Positions 37,326 to 51,212 of a DNA stretch of 64,000 nt are shown here, in pieces. The position numbers were made by a program, and so were the translations under genes. Location: assembly GCF_020745735.1 (NCBI RefSeq), contig NC_083410.1, positions 32,338,117-32,402,116 on the forward strand, read 5' to 3'. Origin of the DNA: Hemiscyllium ocellatum (taxonomy: Eukaryota). The notes under the pieces are model-generated. The model was not told the DNA's origin. It saw only the letters and a list, made by a program, of their open reading frames with translations, and made no database searches. The first letter of the stretch is position 1; every line of letters begins with the position of its first letter.

Positions 37326-38580
37326 CACAGTGTTGGGGATAATGTATTAACATGGATTGAGGATTGAGGATGGTTTACACACAGGCGATTATTAGCTATT
37401 ACAAGCTGGGAAGATGTTACTAGTGGAGTATCAAGGATCAATCCTGCGGCCTCAATTTATTACTATCAATATTAATGAATTGGTGGAGGGGCTAGATGTA
37501 ATACACCCAAATTAGCGGACAGTGCAAGAATAGGTGGGAAGGCATGTTGTGGTGACAACATAAGAAATCTGTCAGGTGATGTCATTAGGTTGAGTAAGTG
37601 GGCAAAAACCCAGAGTTTAATCTAAGAAAGTATGAGGTCATGTACCTGATGAAGATTCAAAGGAAGGCTATTCTTTTAAATGGAGAGTGGCCACAAAAAG
37701 TGCGGTGCAGAAGGCTCTAGGCAGTACTGTGCAAGTAATTATGAAAGGGAGGACTGCAGATGTTGGAGATCAGAGTCAAGAGTGTGGTGGTGGAACAGCA
37801 CAGCAGGTCAGGCAGCATCTGAGCAGCAGGAGAATCGATGTTTCAGGCATTCCTGATGAAGGACTCATGCCCGAAAGGTCGATTCTCCTACTCCTTGGAT
37901 GCTGCTTGACCTGCTGTGCTTTTCCAGCATCACACTCTCGACTAATTAATTAAGAAAGCATGTGGAATTCTGCCCTTTATCACTGTGTGGTTTGTAATTT
38001 AAAAATAGGTGTTGATGAGGCCTCACCTGGAGTACTGTTCACAGTCTAGGTCCTTGTATTTAAGAAAGGGTGTGTTGCTATCAGAGGAAATTCAAAAGAG
38101 ATTAAAATGAGTAACACCTGTGGTGATGTAGTTGATTTATCAAGAATGGCCATACAGATTAGGCCTTTATTCATTATATTTTAGAAGAATAAAGGGTGAT
38201 CTTATTGAAACGTACAAGATTTCCATGGGGTTTGACATGGTAAATATTGAGAAAACGTTTCCACTAGTGAGGGAATCTCAAACTTGGGGACATAATCATA
38301 AAATAACGGGACATTAAATAACACAAAGGTGTGTAAGAATTTCTCCCCTAAACAGCAGTGAATGGCTAGAATTCTCTACCACAGAGAACTGTGGAGGTTG
38401 CATCAGTAAAAGCATTTAAAGAGGATGCAGATATATTTTTGAAATATTTGGGCGTTGAGGGATATGATGAGCTGTTGCAAAAGAGTTGAAGTCTGGGCAG
38501 ATCAGCCATCGTTTTATTGAATGGCAGGGCAAGTTTTGAGGATCAAATGGTCTATTCCTGGTCCTGTTTCTTACAGTCTT
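37326..38580 (+). mobile_element. Decayed CR1 LINE 3' half
   Basis: QGS..GPQ, KLADS, RPHLEYC, RRIKGDLIETYKI remnants. Confidence 0.8.
37742..37943. mobile_element. Penelope-derived inverted-repeat insertion with a central hammerhead
   Basis: Left arm is the reverse complement of the right arm (~80 bp); CTGATGA at 37853-37859, then GAAA-GGTC. Confidence 0.85.
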
Positions 38581-38677
38581 ACTTTCTATATTGCCAACTG
38601 CAGAAATCTGTGCAAGACTGACTTAAGTTGAGGAAAGCATCTGGGAAGGATCTAAGTACCTTGAGTATCCCCTTCAA

Positions 38678-38809
38678 AGAAGGGCTGAAGAAAGGCTCAT
38701 GCCCAAAATGTCGACTCTCCTGCTCCTTGGATGCTGCCTGACCTGCTGCGCTTTTCCAGCAACACATTTTCAGCTCTGATTGCCAGCATCTGCAGTCCTC
38801 ACTTTCTCC
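38678..38809 (+). mobile_element. Penelope-derived terminal fragment with a degenerate hammerhead
   Basis: 12-bp TSD TATCCCCTTCAA at 38666-38677 and 38810-38821; CTGAAGA..GGCTCATGCC..AAAATGTC. Confidence 0.88.
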
Positions 38810-39447
38810 TATCCCCTTCAATGGCAAGCTGAAGTCAAGTATCGACTAAGAAAGAAGCACATGGCAATCCACGCATCCCACCCTCCATTCCCCCAACCAC
38901 CTTTTGGCCCACTCATGTCAGAGGATGTAGTGCATGTATTGGGCTCTCCAGTCACCTGAGAACTCATTTTAATGAGGAAACAAGTCATTATTGACCATGA
39001 TATACTGTCTAACAAGAAGATTCACATTGGTAGCATTTTCAGAATTGTATCTTTAAAGGTATTCCTCTTGTCTTTCTGCATACCATTGTAATAAACTTTG
39101 TCAATCTGTTTGCTTCAGTATTTTTAATTTAGCCTTTTTAAATTAAACATTTCCAAAACTTTTAATCTTGTATTCATCTGAACAAATGTAAGAATACCAA
39201 ATTTCAAATTACATGAATTTATACTAGAAGAGCAAAGATGCTGATTAGTTGGCAAGCTGACACTAATTATAGGTTATGAAGTCAAAGTTTTAAACTATTT
39301 CCCTGTCGACTGGTCCTAGATATTTCTTAATCTCTACTCATGATATATATTATTGTATTGTACCAACTAACATTTAAAATGCTATGACATCTATTTCCTA
39401 CATTTAATATAAAGGACTTTGCAAATTACAACATGTACATAGTATGG

Positions 39448-40138
39448 AGAAAGTGAGGACTGCAGATGCTGGAGATCAGAGCTGAAAATGTGTTGCTGGA
39501 AAAGCGCAGCAGATCAGGCAGCATCCAAAGAGCAGGAGAATCGACATTTCGAGCATGAGCCCTTCTTCAGGAATGAGGAAAGTGTGCCAAGCATGCTAAG
39601 ATAAAAGATAGGGAGGAGGGACTTGGTTGGAAATGCGATAGGTGGAAGGAGATTAAGGTGAGGGTGATAGGCCGGAGTGGGGGTGGGGACAGGTTAGGAA
39701 GGTAGTGCTAAGTTCGAGGGTTGGGACTGAGACAAGGTGAGGGGAGGGGAAATGAGGAAACTGGAGAAATCTGAGTTCATCCCTTGTGGTTGGAGGGTTC
39801 CTAGTCGGAAGATGAGGCACTCTTCCTCCAGCCGTCATGTTGTTATAGTCTGGCGATGGAGGAGTCCAAGGACCTGCATGTCCTTGGTGGAGTGGAAGGG
39901 GGAGTTGAAGTGTTGAGCCACGGGGTGGTTGGGTTGGTATGTCCGGGTGTCCCAGAGGTGTTCTCTGAAATGTTCCGCAAGTAGGCGGCCTGTCTCACCA
40001 ATATAGAGGAGGCCACATCGGGTGCAGCGGATGCAGTAAATAATGTGTGTGGAGGTGCAGGTGAATTTGTGGCAGATATGGAAGGATCCCTTGGGGCCTT
40101 GGAGGAAAGTAAGGGGGGAGGTGTGGGTGCAAGTTTTG
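39448..40138 (-). mobile_element. Penelope-like element 3' end with GIY-YIG endonuclease and hammerhead
   Basis: Minus strand FTCTSTHIIYCIRCTRCGLLYIGETGRLLAEHFREH..HPVAQHFNS; CTGAAGA(39564-39570)..GAAA-TGTC; 10-bp TSD CATAGTATGG at 39438-39447 and 40139-40148. Confidence 0.92.
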
Positions 40139-40182
40139 CATAGTATGGTTTAGATGAGCAATGTTTATTGTCTATTATAGCG

Positions 40183-40307
40183 TGCTGATGTTGGACTGGG
40201 GTGGACAAAGTTAAAATCACACAACTGATGAAGGAGCAGTGCTCTGAGAGCTAGTACTTCCAAATAAACCTATTAGACTATAATCTGGTGTTGTGTGTTT
40301 TTTAACT
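40183..40307. mobile_element. Penelope-derived short element (second family) with 5' inversion and hammerhead remnant
   Basis: AGTTAAAATCACACAAC is inverted relative to GTTGTGTGTTTTTTAACT; CTGATGA at 40225-40231. Confidence 0.7.
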
Positions 40308-40461
40308 GCGTTGGAATGATGTAATGATTATTTAGGTTTATGCAGAGGATGCATGACACTCATAGAATCCTGATTATGGGGTGGGGGAGGAGGATGGTAT
40401 GGGGGAAATAGATCCTTTAGAGAAAATATTCCCAGAAAATAACATTTAAGTACACAATATT

Positions 40462-40775
40462 GGGCGGCACGGTGGCACAGTGGTTAGCACTGCTGCCCCA
40501 CAGCGCCTGAGACCCGGGTTCAATTCCTGACTCAGGCGACTGACTGTGTGGAGTTTGCACGTTCCCCCCGTGTCTGCGTGGGTTTCCTCCGGGTGCTCCG
40601 GTTTCCTCCCACAGTCCAAAGATGTGCAGGTCAGGTGAATTGGCCATGCTGAATTCCCGTAGTGTTAGGTAAGGGGTAAATGTAGGGGTATGGGTGGGTT
40701 GCGCTTCGGCGGGTTGGTGTGGACTTGTTGGGCCGAAGGGCCTGTTTCCACACTGTAAGTCTAATCTAATCTAAT
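40462..40775 (+). mobile_element. Young full-length HE1-like SINE
   Basis: Pol III A box TGGCACAGTGG (40473-40483), B box GGTTCAATTCC (40517-40527), CpGs retained, CR1-like 3' end, (CTAAT)3 tail. Confidence 0.95.
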
Positions 40776-41409
40776 TGTGGCAATAGATAAATGAAACAAT
40801 ATTGAATTAAATTACTTCCCAACCAAGAAAGCCCATTTGAATGGAAACAAAATTGATTATCTGAATCCAAAGGTGCCTGTTCCTCATTTCTATTGCAGTA
40901 CCACTGTTGTATTTAACATCAGTTTCTGTGAAACCGACTAAATTTCAGCAAAAGACTTAACTTCCGATGCTTTAGAATTTCACTCAGTGGAGTCCAACCA
41001 CAGGGGAGCTCCCTCTCTACGCATAACAATGCTGGCCGTTAGTGAACCTTCATTGAGCTTATTTTAGGACCTACTTTGCTAAATTAGTCCTAAGAAATAA
41101 ATAACCTTAAGCTATTATAGAAACTCTAAACATGTGACCCTTACTCTCCAAATAGCAAGGTAAACAATAGAAAATTCTTCGAAGCAAAATGACTGTGATT
41201 TGAAGGCAAAGCTCAGTGAAGTTTCTCCCTGAGCACCAAAGGTAATCTCAAAAAACGCCAGGTTACCACCTTAATGTTGCAATCCCTATTATTAAACCCA
41301 GAACAGAGATATATTGCAACAACAGCCAAATAGACACAGCAGGTGAGAAATCAATGTTCAACAGAACATTTTATCAACTACATCAAAATTTATTTTAATA
41401 TTTTATTTC

Positions 41410-41900
41410 ATTCTGACCTGAGCACAATACTCATCTAGCTCTATTTCAGGAGGTTGTAGGTTCAAGCCCCACTTTAGGCTGGACTGTGTCAAGCTTGGCT
41501 CACAACCACTCTTGCCTCTGAGTCAGAAGGACATGGGTTCAAGTCCCACTTAAGAGAATTGAGCACATTATCTAGCTTGACACTTCAGTGCAGCACTGAA
41601 GGAGTGCTATACTATTGGAGATGCCAATTTCCAGATGGATGTTAACCCAAAAGCCCAGTATTTGTTCAGGTGCTTGATAAAAAGGCCCAAGTCACATAAT
41701 AATATTAGGGCAAACAATTTTGTCTGTATTCTGATAGACATTCATTCATCAAACATTATCAAAGCACACTAACTCTTAATATAGATATATGAAACCATTT
41801 GTCACTGTTAATTGACCCCTATATTTGCCTGTGGGGCAACAGTGACTACAAGTAACTGATAGACTATAAAGCAATTTTTAAAATCCTGAGGATATAAATG
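41410..41900 (+). mobile_element. Ancient DeuSINE (SacSINE1-like)
   Basis: tRNA-like head GCCTCTGAGTCAGAAGG..GGTTCAAGTCCCAC (partly duplicated upstream), then Deu-domain-like GAGTGCT..GGAGATGCC..CAGATG..GTTAACC..TCAGGTG. Confidence 0.6.
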
Positions 41901-42809
41901 AAAATTTATCTTCAGCTATCATTACAATTTTTCCTTTGAGGATATTGGTCTTTTCTTGGGTACAGTTCCATAAAAGAATGGTGTTCTCTTCAGATGCTTG
42001 TTGTGATGATGATTATTTCTGTATGGCCTTCAGAATAACAATTGTCTGAGTATTTGATTTTGTCATGCTATCTCTGTTTTGTCTGATCTTTGTTGGTCAT
42101 TCACAGATGTGAACATATGAGGAGTCACAGAACAATGAATGTTTTGGCAACCTTGGCAATTTATTTCTTTGCTCACTCCACCAATCCAAGGTAGTTGTTC
42201 TATCTTCATCGAGGTTGAGATCACATAAAACAGCAGAGAATGAAAATTAACGAGACCATGCTTTCAGAGGCACCATTCACATGTGCATCAGTTGGAAGTT
42301 AGAATGCAATTTCCAAATGCAGCTAACGCATAGCAGCTGCAAGGCAAATATACAGCAAGTAAAATTAAGTCCAGTGACCTGCTAAAGCAGGATTTTTTTG
42401 CAAGCTCAGAATTCTACACATGGTTTGTTGGTGTCTATGAGAAAACCATTTTCTGTAGCTTGGCTGCGCTAACATGGGTCTCACAGAGTATAATAGTATC
42501 CTTGGAGTTTTGTGATCATTCCAGTAAATTATCTGATCTTGAAAGGTTTTTACTATTGTTTACAATTCCTGCACAAAGTATTGGAAGACATTATGGTGTC
42601 TTCTTTAAAATTTAAAATGGCCTGGATTGTATTCTGAAGGCAGGCTCCCCACACACAGTCACTTATATTATACATATGACTCTGATGTATAGAGTACATT
42701 GAGGCAATTGTAAAGGGAATGGTTCTGAAAGGATTAATGTTGGAGATTGCATTAAGCTCTGTTCGGCAGACAATGTCACACAATGTTGACTGATGAAGAA
42801 TGATTCATA

Positions 42810-42943
42810 AGATCCCAATGTGATCAGATGTGTTATTTCTGGCTTCTTAAATTTGACAAAGCACTGGGACCAGAGGAGATCCCAATGTGATCAGATGTGT
42901 TATTTCTGGCTTCTTAAATTTGACAAAGCACTGGGACCAGATG
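42810..42943. repeat. Tandem duplication, 2 x 67 bp
   Basis: 42810-42876 and 42877-42943 are identical except for one base. Confidence 0.95.
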
Positions 42944-44970
42944 AGATGTATCAAAGGAAACTGAAGGAACTGAGTGGAAATTGTAGGTCATAATCTTTCA
43001 TTCTTTCCAATACTCAGGAGAGGTGCCAGATGTCTGGAGAATTGCAAATATCAGGACCTTGTTTATTATAATTTGCAAGGATGATTCCAGCAATTACAAA
43101 TCAATCACTTTAACCTCAGTGGTGAGGAAAATTTTAGATACAAGTATTCAAATAGAACTAGTCATAGAGTCATATAGCATGGAAACAGACTGTTTAGTCC
43201 AACTAGTCTACGCCAATCATGTTCCCAAACTAAACTAGTCCTAGTTGCATGCATTTGGCCCATATATCTCCAAACCTTTCCTGTTCATGTACTTATCCAA
43301 ATGTCTTTTATATGTTGTAACTGTATCTGCATCCACCACCTCCTCTAGCAGTTCATTCCACACGGGAACACTCTGCGTAAAACAGTTACCCTTCATGTCC
43401 TTTTTAAATCTTTCTCCTCTCACCTTAAAAATATGCCTCCTAGATTTGAACTCCGCCAACCTAGGGAAAGGCACTTGCTATTCACATTATCTATGCCCCT
43501 CATGGTCTTATAAACCTCTATGAAGTCACCCTTCAACTTCTTACGCTGTAGTGAAATAAGGTCCAAGCTTATCCAACCTATTTTTATAACTTAAATATTC
43601 CATTCCTTGCAAAATCCTGGTAAATATTTTGTGAACCTTCTCCAATTTAATAATATCCTTCCTATAGTAGGGCTATCAGAATAATGTATGGTACTTCAGA
43701 AGAGGCCTCACCAATCTTAACACGGCGTCCCAACTCCTATACTCAAAAGTCTGAGCAATGAAGGTAAGCATGCTAAACGCCTTCTTAACCACCCTGTCTA
43801 CCCGTGATGCAAATTTCAAAGAATTATGTACCTGAATCCCTAGGTCGCTGTTCTACAACACTATCCAGAACCCTACCATTAATTATATAAGTCTTGCCTT
43901 TGTTCGTTTTAACAATACGTAATAAACTAAACTGGTAGCCACATGGAAAATAAGCAGATTGATGAGGAAGAGCCTAAAGGAGAAATCACATTTAACTAAT
44001 TAATATATTAATTTGTGGAGGTAACAAAAAGGATTGATGAGAGCAACACTGTTGATATGGTGCACATGGACTCCCAGAAGGCATTTGATACAGTCCCACA
44101 CAACAGATTTGTGAGATAAGTTATAACTCATGGAATAAAAGATACAGTAACAATTTAAAATTAAATATAAAATTGGTTGAGTAAAAGGAAACAGTTTCAT
44201 TCAATGGATGTTGTTTGAGCTGAAGAAAGGCTGGAGTCCCTCAGTGGTCACTATTGGAATTCTTGCTTTGACTATTACATATTAATAATCTAGATTTGGC
44301 GTGCGAGGGGCAATTTCAAAGATGTGGATGATATGAAACATGGATGAAGTATAAACTGTAAAGAGGTTCATGTAGAACTTCAAAAAGGCTATATGCAAGT
44401 GAAGTGGTGGTTAGATGGTTAATGTGGAGCAATGCAGAGAAGTGTGAGGTGTTGCATTTTGATAGGAAGAACATGTGCAAACAATGTAAAATAATTCATA
44501 TATTTCTAAATGGCTTGCAGGACCAGAGGGACCTGATGTTTATGTGTGCAGTTTGTTGAAAATGATAGGACAGGTAAAGACAGCAGTGAGTAAAGCATAC
44601 ACAACTCTGGGCTTTATTAATAGGGGCACAGAATATAGGAGCTAGGAGGTTACGCTGAACTTTTATAAGAAACTTCCTAGTATTCAACTGGCCATACGGG
44701 TGCGGTTCTGAAGACTATACTATTCAAAAGATGCAATCACATAGGACAGAATGCATGCACAAGACTGTTTTCAGGGATGAAAATCTTTAGTTATGAAGAT
44801 AGGTTAAGGAGGTTGGAACTGTCCTTTATGCATAGAAGACTATGAGGAGATTTGATAAATCATGACAAGGCTGAAGAGAGTGCATAGGGAGACATTGCAC
44901 CTACTCATTCACCATTCAAGAATGAAAGGATAGAAATTTAAAGTGTTTTCCAAAAGAAGCAAATGTGACA
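42850..44970 (+). mobile_element. Old CR1 LINE ORF2 interrupted by a younger antisense CR1
   Basis: PDVWRIANI..NYKSITLTSVVRKIL before 43160; RT remnants (MDSQKAFD..) resume after 43925. Confidence 0.8.
43160..43925 (-). mobile_element. CR1 3' fragment
   Basis: RGERFKKDMKGN..WNELLEEVV; CTATGACT tail at the left end. Confidence 0.92.
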
Positions 44971-47900
44971 TGAGATCAGAGGAATAATCAGACCGAGCTC
45001 AAAACATGAACTCTGTTTCTCTCTCCATGACACTGCCAGACCTGCTGAGTTTCTCCAGTATTGTGTTTGTTTTAAACAAGCTAACTTGGTGCTGACAAAA
45101 TAGTTGTGTGATTCCAGTGCTTACATTTTGACTGTAATTACCTGGCTATATTTATCTTTTGCTTACTTTTCACTGTATGAAACTCCTCCTCCTCATCACC
45201 GATAAGATATATTCCATGCTTACCTAACATGCCAAATTCACTTATTTGACTTACATTACATAATCAATTGCAACTAAAACAACACTGAAGTAGTTTGCAG
45301 AGAACACAGTCACACTGGGCCTGAAGGGAGAGTCTGGAATACAGAAGCATTGAAGAGTGAAGGGTGAAATTTTGGGCACGAAAGAGAAGAGAGAGGGATC
45401 CAGGGGACCTTATATCTCATTGGGTTTAAACACAGGGTACTTCTTTAAAAAAAACTTTAGTTCTAGTCAAGTGAACAAATTACAGAGACATCAAATTTTA
45501 TGAAGTAATGAGTATATTACTATCTTAAAAAAGAACATTTACAACACCTAGACTTTTCCTGAAGCATAGAGAAAGTATATTATGTAATACATTTTCACCA
45601 TTACTCATGATTCTTTGAAAATCATGGAAAATACAAGTATTTTCAAGGCCCTTGTAACAAGATCATAGAATTTTACAATTCGCACAGTTCAGCCCATCAT
45701 GTTGGTACTGGCTCCCAAAAGAGCTAAGAAGATAGAAATATGAACGTCTGTGGATCTATTGCCTCCTCTTCAGAGCTTCCTCAGAACTCCTACACCAGAA
45801 ATTACTTTAAGAAGGTTGTGCATTGGCAACACACTTGAAATAATGTTTTATACCCTCTGTTAAGCATTTAATTCTATCAATTGATTTACTGTTGCTGGCT
45901 TTTCAAGACTTGTTTAGTAACACCAAGGGAAATAGCCCGTAAGGAGGATATTAAGGAGAAACAATTTTCTTTCCAGTTCCTTTCCTAGCAAAGTTGGGGG
46001 AAGGGTGGGTGACTGTTTCTGCTGCTACATTTGGGAATGGCTTGCTGAAGAGCCCTTGTTCTACTCACTTTGAGCAACAAACACAATAAGAGCTAGGCAA
46101 ACTAATGCTTGTCAGGGCACTAATTTTCAAAAGGTCAACAAGGAAAATGAATGTTCCTTTCTTCACTCTGTCCAACAAGAGGAGCTTAAAATCAGAGTCT
46201 GAGAAACCCAAGCCCTGAAAATTCAAGATGACAGTTTCTATCTCAGTTTAAATTTAAGTGGACAAAAAGAATGTAATAAATTTCATGTTAGTACAGATGT
46301 GAAATTTTAGTAGTACACCACAAATGGGTTTGAAGTATATATAATTTTGTCTCTTTCATAAAATGTGGGTGTCTCTGGCTAGGCCTGCAAATAAATACCA
46401 TGTATATCTCACAGCATGGCCAATGGTAAAAGTCTGGATTTTAATTGTTTCTTTTGTTTGAAACCAATCATTTAAACTAGGCTCACCAGTAACCAATGGC
46501 TGACAAGAAGGCTGGAAATATTAAATATTGGACAAGCTGTGCTGTTATATTGTATGTAGAACTATAGAATCTTACTTGTATGTGTTGAGGTTCTCCACCT
46601 CCTGATGCTGCCTGGTTTGCTGTGTTCTCCCAGCCTTCTGTTTGTCTACCTTGAGGTTTTAAAAAGCTCACAAAAAGATTTGAACTGCCTGAGCTTTCTC
46701 ATGTTGCATTTGGTGGATTTCACAGTTCAAATCAGTGGAGGGTAGTCACTGAGGAATGCTCTGGGCAGAATTTTATTGCGGACTGCACAATGTGAGCTAT
46801 GGTGAAATGTTTAGCAGAAACACGTGAGGAAGTCTGACGAGGCCTATTGGGAGCAACTTGCTGCATCTTTTAGGCAAGGGGCGAGATTTCAATTCAGGGG
46901 AATTATCGCTTGTTAAACACCATATTACCTGCACGACTTGACTCATTACAATGCAGTTTTAAATCTTAGCAAACGCATCAGGCAAACTAGGCATCGAGAA
47001 TTCTCAAAGAGGCAATCAGAGGAGGTACTTGGCAACTTCAGCTCACTGCTGGCTGTGGGGAGCTTCCATGTGGCTCAGCACCAAACAATATCTCAGAGCA
47101 TGATTCTTAGGCACCAACTACATGCACCCTTCTCCATTGGTATCCAAGATTTGCCAACCCTTCACTATCCACATGGCACCGCTCTGATCCACTTAGGGAG
47201 CTCAGACCTGCCTTGCAGAGCATCTTGGCAAATAGGATTGAAAGGCCATTGCAAGGTCACTGCACCAAGGAACAGACAGCCAGCTCATGGATTGGACCAG
47301 GAAGCATTTCAGGGCTACTCACTTCCTCTATTAGTACCAACTTGCATGCTCGTGGCATCCCTGTCTTGCTTTGCTTGTTAGCTTATTGCCACTTCAGCTA
47401 GAGTCTAAAGGCTATCAGTACTCCCTTACTGACATGCTTATTTGTGCAGACCCACAGACAGGCTGCATGTCAGTAGGGATCGCTCCAGGCTGGGAAGACA
47501 TCTTGCTTATAGCACACTGAGATGCCAATCTAATTCTGACATCATGTGGAGCTGCCTGCTTGGCAAATGCATGGCAACAGAATGGTCATATTAGACAGTA
47601 GATGGGGCTTATCCAGATCCATTCAAGAGGGGCTGTTGTTGGTTAGAACATCTTGGAACCATCAGACAACAGCACAGCCTGAGGACAGTCCAAGGGTTTG
47701 ACCATGGCCTTTTGTCCATTTAGATCAAGCACAATCAGGGAACCACAGTCTAGGGTACGGACAACAGTAAATCTTGTTAGGGCATTACAAACAGTCAAGC
47801 AAATTGATGATCATCAATTGGAGTCTGTCAGAGGTCTGGGCAAATACAGTCCTTGGTGTCTGTACATTGATCATTGCGGAGGGTTCAAGCATGGGACTGT

Positions 47901-48139
47901 ATGGTCAGCAAAGGGATCATTGCCAAAAAGGGTAGGAGATTCAAGGCTTGAGGTGGGAGGGGGAGGGTGGAGAAGCAGGGGCAGATATTAAAGTGGGGAC
48001 AAGGTCAATGTTGGGGGGGAGGAAGTCAAGGTAATTGAGGGTGAGGTGGAAAAGCATCAGAGGGTATATTGTAGGTTTCAAGAGGGGGAGATATCGGCAG
48101 TGACCACAACCACATGGCCTCCATTGGGGATGTGTCAAG

Positions 48140-48455
48140 TTCCTGGGGTCGGGGAGTCCAGAACTAGAGGGCATAGGTTTAGGGTTACATGGGAAAGATA
48201 TAAAAGAGACCTAAGGGGCAACTTTTTCCCACAGAGGGTAATAAATGTATGGAATGAGCTGCCAGAGGATGTGGTGGAGGCTGGTACAATTGCAACATTT
48301 AAGAGACATTTGGATGGGTATATGAATAAGATGGGTTTGGAGGGATATGGGCCGGGAACTAGCAGGTGGGATTAGATTGGGTCGGGATATCTTGTCGGCA
48401 TGGACGGGTTGGACCGAAGAGTCCGTTTCCATGCTGTACATCTCTATGACTCTAC
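48140..48455 (+). mobile_element. CR1 3' end
   Basis: PGVGESRTRGHRF..RGNFFPQRV..WNELPEDVV; CTCTATGACTCTA tail. Confidence 0.95.
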
Positions 48456-48559
48456 AGGGTGAGTGTCATGAAGGTATAATATAGGGACTCAAGAGGCAGG
48501 GAGAACAATTAGACAAAGTTCAATGAGGTAGGTCTCCACATGGGAGTATGGTTTAGCAT

Positions 48560-49290
48560 GTTATATACTTCAATTAGTTCTCCTCCCATCCTTCTAAATT
48601 CTTCTAAGTATAGGCCTAAACTGTTCAATCTCTCCTCATGCAATAATTCTTTCATCTCTGGAATTAATCTCGTGAACCCTTTCTGAACTGTTTCTGATGC
48701 AATTGCATAAGAGGACCAAAACTGTATGCAGTATTCCAGATCTCACCAATGCCTTGCACAATTGCAACAACATTTCTTTGCTTTTATACTCCATTGCTCA
48801 GCAATGCAATGCCAAAATTCTATTTGCACCCCTTATTGCCGGCTGTACCTGCAAACATGCTATCTGTGACTCCTGCACAAGCACAGCCTGTTTCCTCTGC
48901 ACTGAAGCATTTTGATGTTTCTCTACATTTAGATGATAAGTTGCCTTTCTATTCCTCCAATCAAATGGAGACCCTACACTTATCCATGCGAAACTCCATC
49001 CACCAAATTTTGGCCCATTCACCCAATCTAACTATATCCACTTATAAAATTCCTATTTCTTTGTTGCAACTATACCACCTATTTTAGTATCATCTGCAAA
49101 TTTGGCTCTAGTTCATTCTATTCTGGCATCGAAATTCGTTTAGGACTTAAACAGTTGAGGTCAGAGGACCGAGACCTGTGGCATAACATTAATTACATCT
49201 TGCCAACCAGAAATTTATCCCTACTCTCTGCTTTCTGTTGGTTAGCTAAACCTCTATGCAAATAACTTTATGACTCCCAATCCCATGTGA
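48560..49290 (-). mobile_element. Decayed CR1 RT fragment
   Basis: Antisense TCATCTGCAAATT (KFADD) and downstream CR1 remnants. Confidence 0.75.
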
Positions 49291-49294
49291 TCTT

Positions 49295-49780
49295 AAAATC
49301 CGAACAGTGGAGAGTTACTCCCCTCCTTCACATTGACTTAAAATGTTGTTAGGGCCCTTTGATGCTGAATACAGTCAACACTGCCATTATATCTAGGGTA
49401 GTCATGGTCTCTTCCTCTGAGGAATTCAGTTCTTTATCCATTTTGGACCAAGAGAAACCTGGCAGCTCTAGCAAAATGCAAACTGATCATCAACAATTAA
49501 ATGATCGCTGAGTTCATGCTGCTTGGTAGCCCTGCTGGAAGTATTCTCAATCATTAGTGAAATGATAGAAAGTAAAGTGATGGGGCGGCAATTGATCAGA
49601 TTAGAGTTATCCTGCTTAGGACAAGGTTAACTCAGGTAATTTGCAGATTGTTGGGTAGGTGCCATCACTGCAGCTATGCAAGGATGGATTGTCTCAGATG
49701 TGACTAGACCTGGAGCACCAATCTTCAGTAATAAAATCGGTATGTTAGGCCCATAGTATCCAGAGTTGTCCAGTGTCTTT
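49295..49780 (-). mobile_element. Decayed L2/CR1-group LINE fragment
   Basis: Minus-strand LDIMAVLT-like remnant of the LD..AFD RT motif near 49375-49400. Confidence 0.4.
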
Positions 49781-51212
49781 AGGAGAGAAGTGATGGAAGA
49801 AAGTTGTAAGTTAATAAAAGAGAAAGCTTCAGATACTCCTGCATAAACTGGAATTTACTGAATACCACAAGTCCAATTTTTAAGTTATTGATGTTTTCCT
49901 GTCACAATAATCACAAAATAATTTCTGCATTAATGCAATTTTTTATATGAGACATGATATTAGATTACTTTTCAAATTAAGCCATTACTTTCAGAGGTGA
50001 TGAAAGACTCAAATGCCGACAGATAACAGAATTAAACATAAGGCACAGACGAGGAATCTCATTGTGTACAGCCAGAATCAAAACAGAGAACATGTGACTC
50101 GAAGATCAAAAACCAAGAAGAATATTGGACAATTCCTATTGGAGCTGTAAAACACTGGAATGTAAAGGCTACTTAGCTCGACAGGCCTGTTCCCTTCTGA
50201 TAGATGAATAGCTTTTTAGCATATCCCATAACTCCTTATGTCTCCAGATATAAATGATACATTGTTTGGGGGGAGAAATAGCAACGGAAAGAATCACTGA
50301 TAGAAGTTATTAACAAGGCCACTAACATTAGCTACACTGTACAGAAGAGTCTACAATAAGAAATAATGAGGGTCTGTAAGAAAGCTACTGCAATAACCAT
50401 GAGCAAATTGGTAAAGGTACATTGATGATAAGTTCATCAAATACATTCAGGGCAATTTTTCAGAACAATATGTTTCAGAACCAGTTAGGGAACCCCTTTC
50501 TGCATCATTTTAAAAAGTAGTGATAGAAGTAATGATCTCATAGTATAGGATCCTCCAGGTGTGAATATAATGACGGAATCTCACATTCTCCTTGAGGCTG
50601 AGAAACTTGAAACTAATGCAACTTAATAAATGCGCATACAGAAATATGAAAAGCATTGATTACAGCGGCCCGGGAAGATAGGTTAACGAGTAAGATGGTA
50701 GGGAAACAATAGCAGACATTTACAAAATTACTTCATAATTGTCAACAAATTATACGCCAGTAAGGAACATGGTTAGTGTTAGTGAAAACTTCACAAATTC
50801 CAAGTGAGTATATCTGGCAATTTGGTTCAAAGTGGAAAATTCAAATGGTGGTGGTGGTGGTGGTGTTGGGGTGGGTGGCGTGGTGCGAAGAGGAGCTTTA
50901 ATTAGATTTTATTATTGGAAGAAAGGTCTCCAGAATAAGAAGTGAGCAGGAGAGAATAAAATGTGTGGATTGAGAGGTCAACTGCAAGACAAGCAGATAT
51001 ATTTGACATCAAGAATGACAACATGTTGGGAGTGTAGTGAAAGCAGCTGATTTTTGAGTAGGATTGGTGCAAATTTCAAATCTTCAAAGTAAAACTCTGC
51101 ATAGCTTTGTATCTAAAAAACCGTGCCTCACAAACTTGATTGAATTTTTTGCAGATGCGGCCAAAGCTTTCAACAAGGTTCTCCATGGTAGACTGGTTAG
51201 TAAGATTAGATT

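Noticed and set aside
40462-40540. tRNA gene (A and B boxes)
   Set aside because: Continues into the SINE core and LINE-derived tail; it is a SINE head
46938-47381. 147-aa ORF
   Set aside because: Non-ATG start and no recognisable domain; probably lies within an old unclassified repeat
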